NCBI GenBank assembly: GCA_934274515.1
Contig: CAKQTC010000001.1
Span: forward strand, 141,491 to 205,490
Source: an uncultured Clostridia bacterium
GTDB taxonomy: Bacteria > Bacillota > Clostridia > Christensenellales > DTU072
DNA length: 64,000 nucleotides
Reading direction: 5' to 3'
Shown here in pieces: positions 59,334 through 64,000 of this stretch. Within the stretch, counting starts at the first letter, position 1, and each line of letters starts with the position of its first letter. The notes beneath the pieces were generated by a model. It was not told the origin of the DNA, did no database searches, and saw only the letters and a list, made by a program, of their open reading frames with translations. The translations under genes and the position numbers were made by a program.

Positions 59334-61238
59334 CTATATACCGGATTCCAACAAGGCTTTAAGGTCGTTGATTTTCCCCGACAATTCTCGGCCTTTGTCC
59401 GTATCCGCAACCGTCAGCCTACGTTTGGTGTGTTCAAACAGCGTTACGTTTGAATGAATATCCGAGCATTTTCTCACAGCCTCTTCTTTGGAACTGAACG
59501 GTTCGTGCGCGGAAAGGCGCAACCCGTACGAATTATAAATAAGAGTATACCCGGCAATTCCCGTTTTTGACTGATACGCGCGGCAAAAACCGCCGTCTAT
59601 CACGAGAAGTTTTCCGTCGGCGCGAATCGGCGATTCCCCTTCTTTCGCCTTGACCGGGATATGCCCGTTGATTATATGCGTCTGCTCGCCGGTTACGCCG
59701 AAATCGTCAAGTATCTTTTCGCAAACGTCTTTCCGTAACGTAAAATCATAATACGCGTTCTTCTTTTCGATACCGTATTCTTTCGGCAAATAAACTCGTT
59801 CAAACGTGGCTATCTTGTCTCGCCCGAACAACGGTGAAATCGGCCCGCACCACAAATACCATAAATAGTCAAGGTCGTAGTCGTCCCTGTTCCCCGAAAA
59901 TCTGTTTCCGTACGCTCTTCTCACTATCCGCTCGCACTCGTCAAAATACTCTTTCCCCGAATACGTTCCGCTTTTCAATTTTTGCTTAGCATAACTGCCG
60001 TCTTCGTTAAACGGCACGCAACCGTGATAAAGCAAATTCCCGTTGGCGACTTTATACAGTCCGCCGCACCGCATAATAAAATCTATGTGTTTTTGCAGTT
60101 TTTCATTTGACGTAAATGTGCGAATAAGGTGTTCTATAACTGCTCTTTCGGGTTCCGAAAGTTCGACGTTTGCATACGGCGCTTTGAAATCGTCGTCATA
60201 AAAGACCTTGCCGTCCGGGGCGGTATACGTTCCGTTTTTTCTGTCGATTTTTTCAAGTATTACCCTGTCTTCCATATGATAATCGGGGTTGCGCTTGATT
60301 ATTTCGGCTTCGGTTTTTTGCATAATAAAGAAAATCGCTTTACGCATACGAGCGTAGTTTTTCCTTTCTCTATCCGACAAATCTTCGTTGTTCGGCGCAA
60401 ATCGTTCGTCGAATTCGTAGTTTTTTCTGGCAAACTCTTCGAGCCGCCTTAGCGATATTCCGTACCCGTCTTCTATCGCCTCTACATTGCCTGCTTTTAA
60501 CGCGATATAAATTATATTCGCAATACAAGCAGGGTTTCCGAGCGCGGCGCCTATCCATTGAATATCGTGGTTTCCCCATTGAATATCAACGTTATCTCTG
60601 TTAATCAATAAATCCAAAATATAATCGGGGTGTTCTCCTCTGTCGAAAATATCTCCGATGATATGCAGGTTTGCGACGGCAAGGCGTTTAATCGTCGCGC
60701 AAAGCGATTCGATGAATGCGGGCGCACGTTTAAGGGATATAATATTTTTATACACGCCTTTACAAAAGTTTTCATAGTCAAACCCTTCGCGTTTTGCGTT
60801 GATGAGTTCGTTAATTATATATCTAAACTCGGGTTGAACGGCTTTAATTACCTTGCTTCGAGTGTACTTCGACGAAACGCGCAACAGAATATGGACGAGT
60901 TTTTCAATATAATACTCGTATTTTCCGTCGCTTACGTCTTTCCGTTCTTCCCATAACTCTATCGTTTCCCTAGGATAACTAATAAGCGACGCTATATGTG
61001 CGCACTCTTTTTCGCTAAGTTCTTCTTTATATAAAAGGTCTACTTTTTCCCTTATCACGCCCGAACACGTGTTAAGCAAATGGCAAAACGCCTCGTACTC
61101 GCCGTGGATATCGCTTACAAAATGCTCCGTTCCTTTCGGCATACTGAGTATTGCCTGCAAATTAATAATTTCCGCCGCAACCGCCTCTTGCGTAGGATAA
61201 TCTTTTTTCAATAGACTTAAATACTTGTTATCCACCAT
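59334..61238 (-). CDS. fbp: Fructose-1,6-bisphosphatase class 3
   Basis: 634 aa. Begins KYLSLLKKDYPTQEAVAAEIINLQAIL..PKGTEHFVSDIHGEYEAF, and the metallophosphoesterase motifs match the Firmicutes FBPase III. Confidence 0.92.
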   Translation of the reverse strand: MVDNKYLSLLKKDYPTQEAVAAEIINLQAILSMPKGTEHFVSDIHGEYEAFCHLLNTCSGVIREKVDLLYKEELSEKECAHIASLISYPRETIELWEERKDVSDGKYEYYIEKLVHILLRVSSKYTRSKVIKAVQPEFRYIINELINAKREGFDYENFCKGVYKNIISLKRAPAFIESLCATIKRLAVANLHIIGDIFDRGEHPDYILDLLINRDNVDIQWGNHDIQWIGAALGNPACIANIIYIALKAGNVEAIEDGYGISLRRLEEFARKNYEFDERFAPNNEDLSDRERKNYARMRKAIFFIMQKTEAEIIKRNPDYHMEDRVILEKIDRKNGTYTAPDGKVFYDDDFKAPYANVELSEPERAVIEHLIRTFTSNEKLQKHIDFIMRCGGLYKVANGNLLYHGCVPFNEDGSYAKQKLKSGTYSGKEYFDECERIVRRAYGNRFSGNRDDYDLDYLWYLWCGPISPLFGRDKIATFERVYLPKEYGIEKKNAYYDFTLRKDVCEKILDDFGVTGEQTHIINGHIPVKAKEGESPIRADGKLLVIDGGFCRAYQSKTGIAGYTLIYNSYGLRLSAHEPFSSKEEAVRKCSDIHSNVTLFEHTKRRLTVADTDKGRELSGKINDLKALLESGI

Positions 61239-61253
61239 AAATCTTGCTCCCCG

Positions 61254-61982
61254 TTAAATTTTTTTCATAAACAAAGCAAGCAAAAACAGTCCCAGTACGG
61301 TAACCGCGACAAACATCGCGATAAGCGCGATTTTTATACCGAGTTTCGTCCCTTCGACCGATTTGCTTTTCTCTATTATCTCTTTTTCTTTCTCGTCCGT
61401 CGTTTCTTCGAGTCCGCATGCAACGAGTTCTTCTTCCGTCATTAAAACGTAATACGCGGGCGCAGACGCGTGGTCAAGCAGTTCTCTTTTCGTATCTTTG
61501 TTCTTTATCACTCCGATAAGCATCATCACGTCGCCGGTTCCCCCTGCAATAAGCATCGAAAACGCCGCTATCTCCATAAGCCCGCCCGTCGCAACGCATA
61601 TCGCGTACGGAATAATTCCCGTCACGATTATCGGTAAAACAAGCATTCCGCAATACGCTTTTCCGCTAAGCGGTTTTTTTACGTGACAAAACGCTATGCC
61701 TTCTTTAAGGTTAACCCCGAACGAAACGTCGCCTTTGCCGCACTTTCCGAATATGACTGCGCCAAGCCCGTGCAGAAGTTCGTGAATAATAACTCCGACG
61801 ACCACTAGCCCGACCGATAATCCGACGTCGCCGGCAACGCGTCCCGTCACGATATACGGTGTTTTTGCACCGAATAAATTAACCGAAAATCCGAAAACGA
61901 GCATAACGAAAAACACCGCCGTGCCGATTACACCGAGTTTCCCGGCATCATAATACCGCAAAATTTTCTTCTTTTCGTCCAT
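61254..61982 (-). CDS. DUF3267-like putative membrane zincin peptidase
   Basis: 242 aa. The HELLH motif sits in a TM-flanked segment (VIIHELLHGLGA), with multiple TM helices. Confidence 0.6.
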   Translation of the reverse strand: MDEKKKILRYYDAGKLGVIGTAVFFVMLVFGFSVNLFGAKTPYIVTGRVAGDVGLSVGLVVVGVIIHELLHGLGAVIFGKCGKGDVSFGVNLKEGIAFCHVKKPLSGKAYCGMLVLPIIVTGIIPYAICVATGGLMEIAAFSMLIAGGTGDVMMLIGVIKNKDTKRELLDHASAPAYYVLMTEEELVACGLEETTDEKEKEIIEKSKSVEGTKLGIKIALIAMFVAVTVLGLFLLALFMKKI

Positions 61983-62004
61983 TATTTTAAGTCCGCTTTT
62001 CTCG

Positions 62005-64000
62005 TTATTCCGCTGTTTCGGCTCCCATAAAAATACAAACTCCTATTTTTTCATCGTCTTGAACGTTGTATTTTATATAACTTAGCCGTTTGTTGATGTC
62101 GTCTAGGGTATACCCTACTTTCGTCAGAGCAGTCACAAACGCCTGCTCAAATCTGTTTTCGCTTGTTACAAGCAACGACATGTTCTTGTCCGTGCGGAAA
62201 TCAATCAAAGTAGGTTTACCGTTCTTTATCTCTTCGTTTCTCATTAACGCGACTACCCATTCAAGGTCGCTCGCGTTCGTAACGTCAAAGTTATGCTCCG
62301 CCTCATTATCGTAGTATGTTTTCGAATACACGTCAAAACTTTTTGACGCAACGTACTTCCCTTCCCATTCTTTGTCGTAAACGTAACCGTTTTTACTGAT
62401 AAGAAAATCGTCGCTTGCAAAAATAAACGCGTGGTTCATAATCTCGACGAACTTGCCTTCTTCGATTTTCAACAACGTGTTCGCAGAAGTGCAATCGACG
62501 GCGGTCCATTCTTTTTTGCCGTCATTGTCAAGATCGATATAAACTTTATTCCACGCGTGCCTTACGCCGTTATGCGTTCCCGTAACTTGAACCGCCTTGA
62601 TGCCTTCCATCGCGCACAACGCGGAAAACGCTTTGCTTATACCGTCGCAAACCGCTATCTTATCGATTATCGCGCCTTCTATCCCGAAACATCTGCAATC
62701 GCCGACTTCTTCCCCGGCAATGAATTTATCGTATACGGCGTTGTCGTACGCAACGTACTTAACGAGCCATTCGCTTATCGCCATAATTTTTTCTCTATCG
62801 GTCATTCCGTCGGAAACGACTTGGCGAAGTACTTTTTTCATTTCGGTATATACTTTTTCCGCAATCGAACCCGCCTTAACGCTCGGTCTGTACCCGTTTT
62901 CGAGCGCAAAATAAATTTGTTCTCCGTTTTCCGCGCTTATCGCGGTTTTCACGTGTTCTATAGCAAAATCGTTAAACGCGGCGTTCCTTCCGCCTTTCTT
63001 CGCATATTCCACAAACGCAATCTGCTCGTACGTTCCCCCTTCGCTCACCTTGTTCGGCTCCGCGTTAAATTTGAACCGAATTTTAATTTCTTTTTCGTTG
63101 CGAGAAGAAAGAAGCGAGTACGATACCTTGTTTTTTCCCGCAGGCGTACTGTAAAAACCGTTTTCTTCGTTTCCGTTCAATCCGCTGACGGTAATCGCGG
63201 CGTTTTCTATTCTATGGAAAATAAGATAATCGAGTAAATACGGATACTCTTCTTTGGTAACCGCGTACGCAGGTGCCTCTACCGTAACGTTCGGCTCGCT
63301 ACCGTCGAATTTAGGTATTGTATATTTTTCCGTCCCGACCGCGTCAAAATCTTTAATAACGGGATTTTTCAACATATAACGCGCGTAAAGCGTAACGTCG
63401 TCGGTTTTACCCGTCAAAACGCTGACCGTATCGATATAGTTTTCATCAACGTACCATTTATCGAACTCGTATCCATCGGGCGCAATCGCATTTTTAAGTA
63501 CGAAGTCGCTTTCGATATTGTACTTGTCGGGGTTGTCCGACGCGTTTTTGCCCGCTCCGAGTTTATAAATAAGGCGATAATTAATCGGTTTGAATCTTGC
63601 CGAAAGTTCTATGTCGTTACTAACGGGTGTGTCAAAGTCGTATTCTGCGCCACTCAGGCACCAAACGTCGAACTCGTATCCTTTTTCTATATCGCCGAGC
63701 GATACGCCGGTTGCGTCAACCGTTCCGCCGCGCGATACCATTTTTTCTCTCTTTATCTCGCCGTTTACCTTAAAGACGACTGTGACTTGGCTTTCATCGT
63801 ATTGGCGGATTTTTAATTCATAACTCTTAGTTGCGTCGCCCTCTTCCGCTTTTACGGTTACCGAAAACTCGTGTTCTTTTACTCCTGTATGCCCGGAATT
63901 TTCTTGCAATGCGACAATACCGTTGCTTATTTGTCCGCTTTTTGCCGTAACCGTTATCGTGCTGCCGTCGCTAAAAATAAAGTAATTTCTTAAATCGATT
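62005..64000 (-). CDS. Transglutaminase-like cysteine-protease-fold protein with InlB B-type repeats (5' end beyond the window)
   Basis: I checked that the reading frame stays open upstream of the track's TTG at 63909 to the window edge (..IDLRNYFIFSDGSTITVTAKSGQISNGIVALQENSG..). Two repeats are present (GYEFDVW.., GYEFDKWY..TLYARY). The transglutaminase core is VCDGISKAF...HAWNKVYI...DCT. Confidence 0.75.
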   Translation of the reverse strand, partial: IDLRNYFIFSDGSTITVTAKSGQISNGIVALQENSGHTGVKEHEFSVTVKAEEGDATKSYELKIRQYDESQVTVVFKVNGEIKREKMVSRGGTVDATGVSLGDIEKGYEFDVWCLSGAEYDFDTPVSNDIELSARFKPINYRLIYKLGAGKNASDNPDKYNIESDFVLKNAIAPDGYEFDKWYVDENYIDTVSVLTGKTDDVTLYARYMLKNPVIKDFDAVGTEKYTIPKFDGSEPNVTVEAPAYAVTKEEYPYLLDYLIFHRIENAAITVSGLNGNEENGFYSTPAGKNKVSYSLLSSRNEKEIKIRFKFNAEPNKVSEGGTYEQIAFVEYAKKGGRNAAFNDFAIEHVKTAISAENGEQIYFALENGYRPSVKAGSIAEKVYTEMKKVLRQVVSDGMTDREKIMAISEWLVKYVAYDNAVYDKFIAGEEVGDCRCFGIEGAIIDKIAVCDGISKAFSALCAMEGIKAVQVTGTHNGVRHAWNKVYIDLDNDGKKEWTAVDCTSANTLLKIEEGKFVEIMNHAFIFASDDFLISKNGYVYDKEWEGKYVASKSFDVYSKTYYDNEAEHNFDVTNASDLEWVVALMRNEEIKNGKPTLIDFRTDKNMSLLVTSENRFEQAFVTALTKVGYTLDDINKRLSYIKYNVQDDEKIGVCIFMGAETAE

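Overview
This 64-kb window looks like core chromosome from a Firmicutes/Clostridia-like bacterium. The clues are AGGAGG-type Shine-Dalgarno (SD) ribosome-binding sites, several exact TTGACA-17-TATAAT promoters, a class III FBPase, and Jag/YidD/DUF1540 genes. It uses the standard genetic code and is densely coding.

The left 37 kb is almost entirely minus-strand. Reading from right to left it carries rpmH-rnpA-yidD-yidC-jag-mnmE, a repeat-filled gap, dtd, gyrB-gyrA, a DagK-like kinase, GH31, rlmA, serS, small membrane proteins and a GH13 alpha-glucosidase. The right part carries ybaK, uncharacterised membrane proteins, a cysteine cluster (cysE-cysS-Rrf2 regulator, convergent cysK), rplJ-rplL with a leader, an esterase, galE, an amidohydrolase, a GPH sugar symporter, a DEDDh exonuclease-BRCT fusion and fbp.

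About 24% of the window is two giant surface-protein genes:
- A 3365-aa lipoprotein with about 36 divergent InlB B-type repeats, four Cys3His mini-repeats and a DUF6273-like end.
- A 1708-aa protein anchored at both termini.
Three further surface proteins share the same repeat.

I found no rRNA, tRNA, transposase, integrase, CRISPR array or recognisable defence or toxin genes, so I cannot point to a clear novel multi-gene system.

The least-explained signals are non-coding or architectural:
1. A tandemly duplicated 244-bp structured element between mnmE and dtd, with a compensatory double substitution in a hairpin stem. It sits at a synteny breakpoint.
2. A modular tandem-repeat array (2x50 bp, 3x64-65 bp, 3x8 bp) between two convergent genes.
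3. The Cys3His mini-repeat module in the giant protein.
4. The rpmH cluster lacking dnaA upstream and mnmG-rsmG-parAB downstream.

All family assignments come from reading motifs by eye. No searches were run.
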